Shown piece after piece: positions 6,726 through 16,130 of a stretch of 26,535 nt of DNA. Under the pieces are notes generated by a model that was not told the origin of the DNA, searched no databases, and worked only from the letters and a program-made list of their open reading frames with translations. The stretch is from a virus (lineage: Duplodnaviria > Caudoviricetes). Both the position numbers and the translations under genes were made by a program. The stretch covers positions 1 to 26,535 of the IMG/VR virus record IMGVR_UViG_3300005077_000092, one strand, 5' to 3'. The stretch's first letter is position 1. Every line of letters starts with the position of its first letter.

Positions 6726-7077
6726 GTTTTTTCAATATTTGAATAGTATATTTAATAAGAATAGGCCTAGAAATTTTGATATAAAGAATATTCCTAGAGT
6801 ATTATTATTACATTATTTAGCTCATGAAAAAGATTTAATTGATGATGTAAATTTAATTAATAAAAATTTATGGGCAATTCCTGATAATTGTGTATATGAA
6901 TATTTTTATAATAAAATACCTAAATGTAGACGATTTATTAAATGGACAAAAAAAGATTCATTTAAAAAATCTAAAGAATTACAAGAACAAATTGATAGAT
7001 TAAAATTAAAATATAATTTATCTGATAGAGAAATTAATGAATTATTAGATATGGAGGAAACTTTTGAAAATAAATAA
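6715..7077 (+). CDS. gp62: clamp loader small subunit (T4 gp62-like)
   Basis: FF.YLNSI N-terminus, IPK.RRFIKW.K motif, size and position after gp44. Confidence 0.8.
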   Translation: MGNEFFQYLNSIFNKNRPRNFDIKNIPRVLLLHYLAHEKDLIDDVNLINKNLWAIPDNCVYEYFYNKIPKCRRFIKWTKKDSFKKSKELQEQIDRLKLKYNLSDREINELLDMEETFENK

Positions 7078-7813
7078 AAAGAAATTTATTGAATTAATTA
7101 AAAAGGCTACATTAAATTATAGTATTAATACTTTACAAATTAATATTGATAATGATAGAATTAAAGTTGCTATGAAAAGTGAATCTAATACTTATTTAAC
7201 AGTATTAGATCTAGAAAATGATATATTTATAGATATTATATCTGGATCATTATTAGAATTAAATTTTCTAGATCCAAATGTTCATTTATTAAAATTATTA
7301 AATCAAATTGATTTGGATGAACCTGAAATTAAACTTAATAATAAAATTTTATCTATTATAGATAAAAATCAAAAAGCAAGTGTAAATTTTTGTTCACCTT
7401 TAATTGTATCAGTATCTAATAAAACTACACCAAGGATTAATGATTATTTTTTAAATTTTGATATTGATGATAACTTTAATGGAATATATAAGAAAATTAG
7501 AAGTATTGGGGCAATATATGGAAAGGTATATTTTGAAGTAATAGATAATAAGTTTAGAATTAATTCAACAGATAAAACATCTGGATTAGATCATGGGTTT
7601 ATGGCTGAAATAATAGATGTAAAACATGAAAATATTTCATGTTGTTTTCCATTTTTAAATATTTCTAATATGATGAATTGTTTATCAGATGATAAAGAAT
7701 ATGAAATGAAATTTGCATATGAACCTAATACAGAATTAATGATGATTTCTTGTATAAGAAAAGATACTATTAATAAAGAAATTTATTATTTATTTTCACA
7801 AAAAGACATTTAA
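7064..7813 (+). CDS. gp45: DNA polymerase sliding clamp (T4 gp45-like)
   Basis: 249 aa, two-domain clamp-like pattern ending in YY, adjacent to gp44/gp62; GGAGG RBS and TTG start. Confidence 0.7.
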   Translation: MKINKKKFIELIKKATLNYSINTLQINIDNDRIKVAMKSESNTYLTVLDLENDIFIDIISGSLLELNFLDPNVHLLKLLNQIDLDEPEIKLNNKILSIIDKNQKASVNFCSPLIVSVSNKTTPRINDYFLNFDIDDNFNGIYKKIRSIGAIYGKVYFEVIDNKFRINSTDKTSGLDHGFMAEIIDVKHENISCCFPFLNISNMMNCLSDDKEYEMKFAYEPNTELMMISCIRKDTINKEIYYLFSQKDI

Positions 7814-7845
7814 TTTCTAGAATTATTATAAATTAATATTTTTTG

Positions 7846-7877
7846 ATGGTAACCGTTAAAACGGTTACCATTTTTTT
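7846..7877 (+). terminator. rho-independent terminator
   Basis: ATGGTAACCGT-TAAA-ACGGTTACCAT stem followed by a T run. Confidence 0.9.
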
Positions 7878-7884
7878 ATAAATA
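7877..7884 (+). promoter_or_regulatory. T4-type late promoter
   Basis: TATAAATA 25 nt upstream of the endolysin, immediately after the terminator. Confidence 0.75.
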
Positions 7885-7909
7885 TTAATAAATAATAGGA
7901 GAAAAATGT

Positions 7910-8443
7910 ATGGTAGCATTAGTTATTGGTCATAGTATTAAAGACAAAGGAGCGTATAATAGTACATATAATATTTCTGAATTTATTTTTAATGAAGCAT
8001 TAGTTAAAGAAGTTTCGACACAATTAGATTCTAGATATATTGATAATGTAATTATATATAGACGAACATTACAAGAATTACCAAATGATATAAATGAATA
8101 TGATCCTAGTTTTGTTATATCGTTTCATTGTAATGCTTTTAATAAAGTTGCAACTGGTAGTGAAGTTTTATATTGGCATAATTCTGATAATAGTGAAATT
8201 TTAGCAAAAATATTACAAACTGAATTAGTTGATATTTTTGGATTAACAGATAGAGGAATTAAAACAATATATGACGATGATAGAGGAGCATTTTTATTAA
8301 AATATGTTAAAGCTCCATGTGTTATTTTAGAACCTTTTTTTATCGATAATGATAATGATTATTCATATGCTTTAGAAAAATATGATAAATTAGTAGAAGC
8401 TATTGTAAATGGGATAAGTAGTTATGCCGAAATTAACAAATGA
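7910..8443 (+). CDS. endolysin, N-acetylmuramoyl-L-alanine amidase (Amidase_3)
   Basis: GH...D.GA, SE, ISFHCNA, GSEV, DRGIK, ILEPFFIDN zinc-amidase motifs. Confidence 0.93.
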   Translation: MVALVIGHSIKDKGAYNSTYNISEFIFNEALVKEVSTQLDSRYIDNVIIYRRTLQELPNDINEYDPSFVISFHCNAFNKVATGSEVLYWHNSDNSEILAKILQTELVDIFGLTDRGIKTIYDDDRGAFLLKYVKAPCVILEPFFIDNDNDYSYALEKYDKLVEAIVNGISSYAEINK

Positions 8444-8750
8444 GTATAAATTAGCTTGGAAAGAAAAATTAGGGTCATTATTTGTATCTGCAAAAATGAT
8501 TTTATTTTTTAGTACTGTAATATTATCTACAGTATTATTATTATTTAATGTAATACATGCTGAAATTTGGGGAAAAGTAATGGGATATACAATTATTGTT
8601 ATTGCAGGATTTAGAGGTATTGTACAAATAGCAGATGTATTAACAAAAAATAAAGAACAAAATTTACCAGATTCAGTAAGGGAATTTAGAAATTCTATTT
8701 CTTCATCAAATAGAGAAATTAATGATGTGGAGAGAAAGTTAGATGTTTGA
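8424..8750 (+). CDS. putative holin
   Basis: Two hydrophobic segments and a charged C-tail; lies between endolysin and spanins. Confidence 0.7.
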   Translation: MPKLTNEYKLAWKEKLGSLFVSAKMILFFSTVILSTVLLLFNVIHAEIWGKVMGYTIIVIAGFRGIVQIADVLTKNKEQNLPDSVREFRNSISSSNREINDVERKLDV

Positions 8751-9078
8751 TAAAATATTAAACGTATTAAAAACTCAATGGAAAATTATTGCAGGGTTTT
8801 TTATGGGAATTATATTATTTTTTATATTAAAACCTTCTTCTGATAAAGATTTAGCAGATTATAATAGAGAAAATAAAGAAGATAGAAATAAAATAGATAA
8901 TATAAATTCTGACATAAAAGATACCGTTGAAAATGTAAATAAGTTAGACGAAAATGGTAAAAAAATAGATAATAAAATTGATAAAACTGGGAAAGAATAT
9001 AATAATAAAGTAAATGATATAATGGATGGAGATAAAGATGTTGAAAAAACTATTGATGATTTTAATAATAGTTGGTAG
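8743..9078 (+). CDS. putative inner-membrane spanin (Rz-like)
   Basis: N-terminal TM segment, coiled-coil-like periplasmic part; 3' end overlaps a lipoprotein gene. Confidence 0.65.
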   Translation: MFDKILNVLKTQWKIIAGFFMGIILFFILKPSSDKDLADYNRENKEDRNKIDNINSDIKDTVENVNKLDENGKKIDNKIDKTGKEYNNKVNDIMDGDKDVEKTIDDFNNSW

Positions 9079-9541
9079 TTTATTTTTAGTAGGGTGTGCA
9101 ACAAAAGTAGAACCAATTAAAATTGAACCTGTTAAATTTGAACAAACACAATTACCTGATGATTCATTAATTAATAAAATTGCGGAAATAAAGAAAAAAA
9201 TAGGAACCTCTCCTAAATCAATAATTATTAAACAAAATGGAATAACATATGTTGCATTTACCAATAAAGAATTTAAAAAAATTGCAGCAAAAAACGAATT
9301 AACAAAATATTTAGAAGAAACGATTAAATTAGTACATGAACGTCAAAAAATATATGTAATGGAAATTAATCAATTAAAACGATTAAATGAATTACAAAAT
9401 ATGGAATCAAATGTTTTACAAAATATGTATGTAAAAGCTGAAACAAGAGCAAATGAAGAACGTTCACATAGAACAACTGAAGGAGTATTATATAAATTAT
9501 TATTTGTACTTCAAACTGTTGCTATAATTTTACTAATATAA
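9038..9541 (+). CDS. spanin-like lipoprotein with an additional C-terminal TM segment
   Basis: MLKK plus hydrophobic stretch plus lipobox LVGC (Ala at +2); C-terminal LLFVLQTVAIILLI; GGAG RBS before ATG 9038. Confidence 0.7.
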   Translation: MLKKLLMILIIVGSLFLVGCATKVEPIKIEPVKFEQTQLPDDSLINKIAEIKKKIGTSPKSIIIKQNGITYVAFTNKEFKKIAAKNELTKYLEETIKLVHERQKIYVMEINQLKRLNELQNMESNVLQNMYVKAETRANEERSHRTTEGVLYKLLFVLQTVAIILLI

Positions 9542-9550
9542 AGGAGTATT

Positions 9551-9721
9551 ATGGCTGACTGGACAGATTTAATTAATAAATGTAATAATGTTGAAGATGC
9601 CCCAAAATTAAATAATATAAATATTAATGAACAACACCAACCTATTAATACATCTATAAATGAAAAACTAGAAATTATTATGAAATTATTAAATGAAATT
9701 AAAGGAGAATATAATAAATGA
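9551..9721 (+). CDS. 56-aa hypothetical protein (MADWTDLINK...)
   Basis: AAGGAG RBS; fills the gap in the operon; not in the ORF track. Confidence 0.6.
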   Translation: MADWTDLINKCNNVEDAPKLNNININEQHQPINTSINEKLEIIMKLLNEIKGEYNK

Positions 9722-9793
9722 TTGAGATGTATTTAGAAATAAAAGATACATTAGAAGAAGTTGAAAAAAATTAATAATTTAGGGTCAGTAAAA

Positions 9794-10372
9794 ATGAAAA
9801 TAGAAGAAATTAATTTAATTTTAGAAAAAATTAAAAAGAAAAAGAAAGTTAAAACTTTTGATAGTGGGTTAACACCGCAACAAAAACTTATTCGTAAGCA
9901 ACAAATGCAACATCATCGTGATAAAGAAAGATTAGAAAATGAAAAGGAAGTTGCTTTAGAGTTTCTTAAAAAATCTGGGATGCCTGATGAATATGCAAAA
10001 AGAATGGTAGGTATTAAACCTAGAAAAATGTTTAATACTCCAGTTAGTCCTACATTTAATCAAGAAAAAGCTATTGAACAAGCTAAAAAAGATAAAGCTG
10101 AAATTGATGCTATTATAAAAAGATTAGATAAAGATCCTGATCCTAAATATAAAAGAAAATCTGGGGTTACTCCAGATTCTGATATGATACAATGTGCATC
10201 ATGTGGCGAAATTAAACATAAAGATGAATTTCATAAATCATCTGCTTCTAATACAAAAAGACAACAAGATTGTAAAGTTTGTCAAAAATTAAGATCTGTA
10301 TTAACTCAAAAATATGGACCAGAAAAAGCTTTAGAAATTAGACAAAATTTAAGATCAACATGGAAAAAATAA
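9794..10372 (+). CDS. basic hypothetical protein with C-terminal CxxC...CxxC Zn finger
   Basis: CASCGEIKHKDEFHK...CKVC; Lys-rich; ATG at 9794 preferred over TTG 9761. Confidence 0.7.
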   Translation: MKIEEINLILEKIKKKKKVKTFDSGLTPQQKLIRKQQMQHHRDKERLENEKEVALEFLKKSGMPDEYAKRMVGIKPRKMFNTPVSPTFNQEKAIEQAKKDKAEIDAIIKRLDKDPDPKYKRKSGVTPDSDMIQCASCGEIKHKDEFHKSSASNTKRQQDCKVCQKLRSVLTQKYGPEKALEIRQNLRSTWKK

Positions 10373-10374
10373 TT

Positions 10375-11823
10375 TTAAATTTTTAAATGATTTAATTCTA
10401 TATTATCACCTTCTTCAAGAAGAATTTCATGTGTTTCAAACTGTTCATTTTTATAATATCTTTGTCTTTCTATAGAATGTTCTTCTAAATATTTAACATT
10501 ATCATTTATATCTATTATATATGCTCCATTTTTTTTATCATTATGCATTCTTAATGCTCTACCTATAGATTGTAATGTTCTAATTTCAGATTTAGTTGAA
10601 CTAGCAAATAATAAATATTTTAACGACTTAATATTAATACCTGTAGAAAAAATTCCATATGTAGCAATAATTATAACATCATCTTTTTTATCACATTCAT
10701 TTCTCCATTTTTCTCTAATCTTTACCTCATCTTTTCCAGATAAAAACACTACTCTTTTATTACTCAATTGATAACTAGTAGATAATAATTCTCGTAAAAC
10801 TTTACCCTCTTTTTCAACAAAATTAACTAATAATAATACACTATTATTACCTATCTTATTTAATACTTTTAATATTAAATTATTTCTATATCTATTATTA
10901 AATACAGTATACTTTACATCATTATAATTTCCTAGAAAATTATTTTTATATTCTACATTTAAAATATTAATAGTACATTTAGCAACATATCCATCTAAAG
11001 CTAATTGATTTGCTGAATAATCTACTAATTGGGGGCCACTATATGATTTAACTTGTAATAAATCTAATTCATTTGATGGTAACGTACCAGTAAATCCTAA
11101 TTTATATTCTGCTTTACTTTTCTTTAATATATCTTTTAATTCTTTAGCTGAAGTTTGGTGGGTTTCATCTATAATAACTGTATTATATCTAGACAATAAT
11201 TCATGGCGATTCATTAACGATTGCCAAGTAGATATAGTGTAAATATTATCATAATTTTTATTTTTTTCGTCTGAATATATTAAACTTATATCATTAGAAT
11301 TTATCCCATAACTTATCATATCATTTTGAAATTGTTTAACTAAACCTTTAGTAGGAACAATAATAATATGTTGACCACCATATCTTTCATTTAAAGTTTT
11401 TATTACATAAGAAATCATTAACGATTTTCCAGAAGCTGTTGAACTTCGTATAATACCTTTTTTATATTTTAATGCTTTTCTAATTATATCATCTTGAAAT
11501 GGCCAAGGTTTCAATTTTAAATCTTTATTATATTCAGAATTTCCACCATTAAATATATCTTTAATTTTTTCATCTATTTTAAGTTCTTCAAATGAATAAT
11601 ATTGTTTAGTGAATTTTATTATATCAGTTAATAAACCATATGGAGCAATATTTTTTTTAATTAATGATATTCTTCCATCCCAAGTATGAGCTTTAAATTG
11701 AGGAGTAAAAAAATACCCATCAACATAATATGAAAATCTTTCTTTAAGATGATCTAAATATTCATAACTGTCACTTTCTATTTTTATATGTATAGTATCT
11801 TGAAGTAATTTTAAATCAATCAT
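10375..11823 (-). CDS. uvsW: UvsW-like SF2 helicase
   Basis: WDGRISL N-terminus, STASGKS, IIDETH, GFTGT, FSTGINI, QSIGRALR. Confidence 0.95.
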   Translation of the reverse strand: MIDLKLLQDTIHIKIESDSYEYLDHLKERFSYYVDGYFFTPQFKAHTWDGRISLIKKNIAPYGLLTDIIKFTKQYYSFEELKIDEKIKDIFNGGNSEYNKDLKLKPWPFQDDIIRKALKYKKGIIRSSTASGKSLMISYVIKTLNERYGGQHIIIVPTKGLVKQFQNDMISYGINSNDISLIYSDEKNKNYDNIYTISTWQSLMNRHELLSRYNTVIIDETHQTSAKELKDILKKSKAEYKLGFTGTLPSNELDLLQVKSYSGPQLVDYSANQLALDGYVAKCTINILNVEYKNNFLGNYNDVKYTVFNNRYRNNLILKVLNKIGNNSVLLLVNFVEKEGKVLRELLSTSYQLSNKRVVFLSGKDEVKIREKWRNECDKKDDVIIIATYGIFSTGINIKSLKYLLFASSTKSEIRTLQSIGRALRMHNDKKNGAYIIDINDNVKYLEEHSIERQRYYKNEQFETHEILLEEGDNIELNHLKI

Positions 11824-12284
11824 ATTCCTTTCTTAATCATATCTGCATATTCTTTAACTGTAAATCCTAATCTATATATATTATCTACACACATTTTAAA
11901 AAATTCAGTTTTAAATTTTTGATATAATATCATCCTTTTAATATTTAATACTTCTGAATCTCTATTTAAATAATAATTCTTAATTTCTTGAGGACTCAAA
12001 CTCTTATCATAATCAAATCTATAAAAATCATATCTATCTCCAATAACTTCATCTAATTTATCTTCTAGTATTTGACCTTTCGTCTGCTCATTAACCAACT
12101 GATCATAATATTTCAAATGTAACATTTCTTTCTTTTCTAATAATTCTAGAAAATTCAATTCTGAAAATTCAATTTCCTTAACAATAGGCCATTCTGTATA
12201 TAATTCATTCCAAATTTTAGTTTTAATATTTAATGCTTCATTAAATTCTTTCTTAATATCATTTACTATTTTATTTGACATCAT
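11820..12284 (-). CDS. uvsY: UvsY-like recombination mediator
   Basis: Helical 154 aa, H.KY, Y..YR, F.VK near the C-terminus; adjacent to uvsW as in T4-like phages. Confidence 0.75.
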   Translation of the reverse strand: MMSNKIVNDIKKEFNEALNIKTKIWNELYTEWPIVKEIEFSELNFLELLEKKEMLHLKYYDQLVNEQTKGQILEDKLDEVIGDRYDFYRFDYDKSLSPQEIKNYYLNRDSEVLNIKRMILYQKFKTEFFKMCVDNIYRLGFTVKEYADMIKKGI

Positions 12285-12309
12285 GACTCCATTGATAAAT
12301 TCTTATTAA

Positions 12310-12317
12310 TATTTATA
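12310..12317 (-). promoter_or_regulatory. possible T4-type late promoter for uvsY-uvsW
   Basis: TATAAATA on the minus strand about 25 nt before the uvsY start; AT-rich background lowers certainty. Confidence 0.5.
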
Positions 12318-12551
12318 ATAAAAATAAAGATATTTCTCAATATAAATAAAAAATATCTTTAATATACTATATAATAATATATATTAAATGAGTAATATAT
12401 TTATTTTTATATCTATTCACACTAAAATTATTATCACCACTCTTATCTAATATATCATATTTCATATATGCTTGTATATTTCTAGATTTTTATATAAGTT
12501 ATTAATTTTATTATATATTTTAGAAATGTGGAAAAAATATAAATATTTTTA

Positions 12552-12579
12552 TTTACATGTTGTGGAAATGTGTTATAAT
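12552..12579 (+). promoter_or_regulatory. early sigma70-type promoter
   Basis: TTTACA-N16-TATAAT with extended -10 TG. Confidence 0.8.
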
Positions 12580-12608
12580 TTAAATATCTTAAAAATAAAG
12601 GAGAAAAT

Positions 12609-13085
12609 ATGAAAGTAGATGCTTTAGTTTTTATTGACGGTAAATATAAAAAAGGTACTATTACTAATTGGAAGGAATTTCGAGAAGAAACTGTCAATGT
12701 TAAGTCATTAGCTCCTTATAGAAAGGATGGATATATTACTCTTGGAAATTATTTTGTTAAAGTAGAAAAAGTCCCGCAGGTTAAAGCTAAATTAAAAAGA
12801 GATGAGATATTTAATTTTTTTAATTCTTCTCAAATTTATGTTAAAGCTGATATTAAAGAAGAACCTAAAGTAAAGAAACCTCGTAAGTCTCGTAATCCTA
12901 AAGTAAAACCTGAAGTAAACCCTGAAATAAACCTTGAAGTTGTATCTGTTGAAGATTACATTCCTGTAAAAATTTCTAATAGTAAATATCGTGAATATTT
13001 TCAATTGACAGAACAAGAGAAAATATTGAATGATAATGGATATGCTGATAAAGTATCAGGTCTTATTATTTCAAAAAGGAAATAA
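12609..13085 (+). CDS. hypothetical early protein
   Basis: AAGGAGA RBS; first gene after the promoter; Pro/Lys-rich linker. Confidence 0.75.
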   Translation: MKVDALVFIDGKYKKGTITNWKEFREETVNVKSLAPYRKDGYITLGNYFVKVEKVPQVKAKLKRDEIFNFFNSSQIYVKADIKEEPKVKKPRKSRNPKVKPEVNPEINLEVVSVEDYIPVKISNSKYREYFQLTEQEKILNDNGYADKVSGLIISKRK

Positions 13086-13087
13086 AT

Positions 13088-13669
13088 ATGAAAGCGATCG
13101 CCAAAGTTAAAAACAAGTGGTACTTGGGAACTGTTGATGATACTTTTGCTGAATTTGGAGTTGAGAAGCAAATTACAAATTTGGCTGAAGAGAAAGAGAA
13201 TATGATAACGATTAAGGCGTATTGTCGTCATAATGGTTATAAAGATGAAGACGATAAGAAGATTATGGATGTATTAGGGGTAAAGCGTCTATATGTAAAT
13301 TTTGAAATTAAGACTGGAAAAAAAGGAAAGCGTCGTCCTAAAAAAGCTCAAGATCCTTATTTAGTTGATCGTGAGTTGATGTTGAAATATGGTCCTAAAA
13401 TTCATACAAAATGTATTCTTTGTGATAATGAATGTAAACAACAAAAGAGAAATTTTGTTAATGATGGATGTGAAGGATTTTCTCCTGTTGAGGGGATATC
13501 TATGGAACTACGTCGTAAACAAGATTTTTACGAGCAATATGGAAAAAATTTAAAATTATATACTGATGAATGGCGTAAATTTTGTGTAGAGTTTTATAAA
13601 GCAGAAGGTCACTGGGGATTTTGGAAACGTATGTTTGAAAATAGAATCGATGAACAACAAGAAAATTAA
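13088..13669 (+). CDS. hypothetical protein with a Cys cluster (CILCDNECKQ...C)
   Basis: AAGGA RBS, operon continuity. Confidence 0.75.
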   Translation: MKAIAKVKNKWYLGTVDDTFAEFGVEKQITNLAEEKENMITIKAYCRHNGYKDEDDKKIMDVLGVKRLYVNFEIKTGKKGKRRPKKAQDPYLVDRELMLKYGPKIHTKCILCDNECKQQKRNFVNDGCEGFSPVEGISMELRRKQDFYEQYGKNLKLYTDEWRKFCVEFYKAEGHWGFWKRMFENRIDEQQEN

Positions 13670-13724
13670 AGTATATTATTTTAATGATATAATATATTAA
13701 AAAAGGAGCTTAATATATTAATAT

Positions 13725-15086
13725 ATGAAAAATTTAGATAATTTATTCCTAGAAAAAATAATGTTAAAAACATGGATGGTAGATAGGAACTTTATGTTTC
13801 TTATATCATCCATGTTTGATTCTAGATTTTTTCAAGATCCTATTATAAGTCAATTATTTTCATTGACACAAAATTATGTGAATGAATATAATGAAAAACC
13901 TGATAGAGGATTATTGATTAATTTAGTTGATTCATCTGATAAAGATTCAACAATTGAGATATTTAATGAGATTGATGAATTAGATTTTGATATTCCATCT
14001 CAATATAAGTATATATTTGATGAGACTAATAATTATTTAAAGACACGAGCATTATCATATGCTATAATGGATTCATTACCTATTATAGAAAGTAAAGGTA
14101 ATTTAAATGAAATTCGAGAATTAGTTGAGAGTGCTTTATGTAAAGATTTGAGTATTAATTTAGGATTAGATTATTTTAGTACGATGGCTGAGAGATTGAA
14201 ACGAATGATGAGTTCGTCTGAACATCGTGTTAAAACATATTATAAAATGCTTGATGATTTTATTAATGGTGGATTTCCCCCATTTATTCTAGGAGTTTTT
14301 ATAGGTCAAATACACGGATTTAAATCTAATTTATTAGCAAATTTAGCAGCACGTCAAGTATTAAATAATATTAATGTTGTATTATTAACGTTAGAGATGT
14401 CAGAGGATGCTTTTGCTCAAAGATTTGATAGTATATTAAGTGGATATGATATAAATAAAATATATACTCATGATGAAATTAAAGTAAAAACATATAAAGA
14501 ATTAGTAGCATTATCTAAAAATAATGATTTAGGAAAATTATTTATTAAACAATTTCCAACTGGAAATGCATCAGTACAGGATTATAGAATATATATCCGA
14601 GAATTAAAAATGAGAGATTGGACTCCTGATATTTTATATGTAGATTATATTAATTTAATGAAACCAAGTTATAATAGTAAAGGTGATTTATATACTGATG
14701 TTAAAAAGATTTCAGAAGAATTACGTGCATTAAGTTTCGAATTTGAAATTCCTGTAATATCAGTTTCTCAGTTAAATAGAATTGGAGCACAAGTAGGATT
14801 TGAAGAAGTAAGTTTTGATTATATTGCTGAAAGTAGAGGATTACCTGCTACTGCAGATTTTTTAAGTATTCTAGGAATAGATTATGATGCATTAGTATAT
14901 CAACATGAAGTTCATTATAAAATATCTAAAAATAGATTAGGTGGAAGAATAGGTGAAACAAGTAAATTTTATTATGATTCTAGATCTTTAAAAATGTATG
15001 ATGAAACTGAAGAAAATCTTTGGTTTAATGATGCAAAAAAATCAAATGATGATAGAAAATTTGAGGAGAAAAAGAATGGCAAATGA
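13725..15086 (+). CDS. gp41: replicative DnaB-like helicase (T4 gp41-like)
   Basis: LDD..NGG, variant Walker A GQIHGFKS, TLEMSE, YVDYINLM, SEELRAL, SQLNR, AES.GLPATAD, KNR. Confidence 0.95.
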   Translation: MKNLDNLFLEKIMLKTWMVDRNFMFLISSMFDSRFFQDPIISQLFSLTQNYVNEYNEKPDRGLLINLVDSSDKDSTIEIFNEIDELDFDIPSQYKYIFDETNNYLKTRALSYAIMDSLPIIESKGNLNEIRELVESALCKDLSINLGLDYFSTMAERLKRMMSSSEHRVKTYYKMLDDFINGGFPPFILGVFIGQIHGFKSNLLANLAARQVLNNINVVLLTLEMSEDAFAQRFDSILSGYDINKIYTHDEIKVKTYKELVALSKNNDLGKLFIKQFPTGNASVQDYRIYIRELKMRDWTPDILYVDYINLMKPSYNSKGDLYTDVKKISEELRALSFEFEIPVISVSQLNRIGAQVGFEEVSFDYIAESRGLPATADFLSILGIDYDALVYQHEVHYKISKNRLGGRIGETSKFYYDSRSLKMYDETEENLWFNDAKKSNDDRKFEEKKNGK

Positions 15087-15780
15087 AATATTAAAGGATA
15101 TATTAGATTCTACTTATCCTTTATTAGAAACATTTCGAGAAGTAGCCCCAGGTACATTTAAACATTGTCAAAATGTGTGTAATATATGTGAATATATAGC
15201 TACAGAATTAAAATTAAATGTAGATTTATTAAAAGCTTCTGCACTATATCATGATATAGGTAAAATGTGGAATCCTCTTTGTTTTAGTGAAAATCAAGAA
15301 ACAGAAAATCCTCATGATGATTTAGATCCTAGTATTTCTTATCATTTATTAACTAAACATGTTGGAGATTCTATTTTAATTTTATCTAATATAGATGGAA
15401 TTCCTAAAGAAATGCTTGATATTATTTCCACTCACCATGGAGATACAGTATTACAATCTATATTTAATAAAACAAAAAATAAAATTGAGGATAATTTTAG
15501 ATATAAAACTAAAAAACCGAAAACTTCTGAAGCAGCAATTTTAATGATAGTAGATTCAATAGAAGCTACAGCTAGATCTTTATATAATTCTGGAAAATTA
15601 GATGATACTAAATCTAGAAAAAATGTTATAGATTCTAGTATAGATAAATTAGGAAATGACGGACAATTAGATGTCGTTAAATTTGGAGTAATAAGACAAG
15701 TTAAAGGAATTTTAATTAAAGAATTGGAAGCAATATATCATAAAAGAGTATCATATGAAGAGGAAGATAAAAATGAATGA
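15076..15780 (+). CDS. stand-alone HD/HDIG phosphohydrolase like the catalytic domain of PgpH/7TMR-HD proteins
   Basis: APGTF.H, YHDIGK, P..F.ENQ, NPHD.L.P, HV, HHG.T, FRY...KP, MI.DS.EA..RSL; start moved to MANEILK. Confidence 0.88.
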   Translation: MANEILKDILDSTYPLLETFREVAPGTFKHCQNVCNICEYIATELKLNVDLLKASALYHDIGKMWNPLCFSENQETENPHDDLDPSISYHLLTKHVGDSILILSNIDGIPKEMLDIISTHHGDTVLQSIFNKTKNKIEDNFRYKTKKPKTSEAAILMIVDSIEATARSLYNSGKLDDTKSRKNVIDSSIDKLGNDGQLDVVKFGVIRQVKGILIKELEAIYHKRVSYEEEDKNE

Positions 15781-16054
15781 TAGAATAATTGAATTAGAAG
15801 ATGGTGATGCTGCTTTAATAATTAAACCAGATTTCACATGTGATTTTTATTTTGAAAGTGATAATATAGAAACCCAACCAAATTCACAACTATTAGCTTC
15901 AATTCTATTAAATAGATTAGCAATAGAACCTGAAGATAGAATAGCATGGATTGAATATATGATAGATGAATTATATGAAATATTCGAAGTAAATGGATAC
16001 AATTTTGATACTTTTCGAAATACTTTCACTAGAAACCTAACATTAGTTAAATAA
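15773..16054 (+). CDS. acidic hypothetical protein
   Basis: GAGGA RBS; overlaps the upstream stop. Confidence 0.65.
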   Translation: MNDRIIELEDGDAALIIKPDFTCDFYFESDNIETQPNSQLLASILLNRLAIEPEDRIAWIEYMIDELYEIFEVNGYNFDTFRNTFTRNLTLVK

Positions 16055-16075
16055 TTACCAACTATAAAATAATAG

Positions 16076-16104
16076 TTTACAGTTGAATAATTTTATGTTA
16101 TAAT
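16076..16104 (+). promoter_or_regulatory. sigma70-type promoter
   Basis: GTTTACA-N17-TATAAT with extended -10 TG, upstream of the ligase. Confidence 0.75.
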
Positions 16105-16130
16105 TAATAATTATAATAAGGAAGAATTTA

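Noticed and set aside
12290-12550. AT-rich divergent intergenic region as a replication origin
   Set aside because: No iterons or DnaA boxes are visible; divergent promoters explain it adequately.
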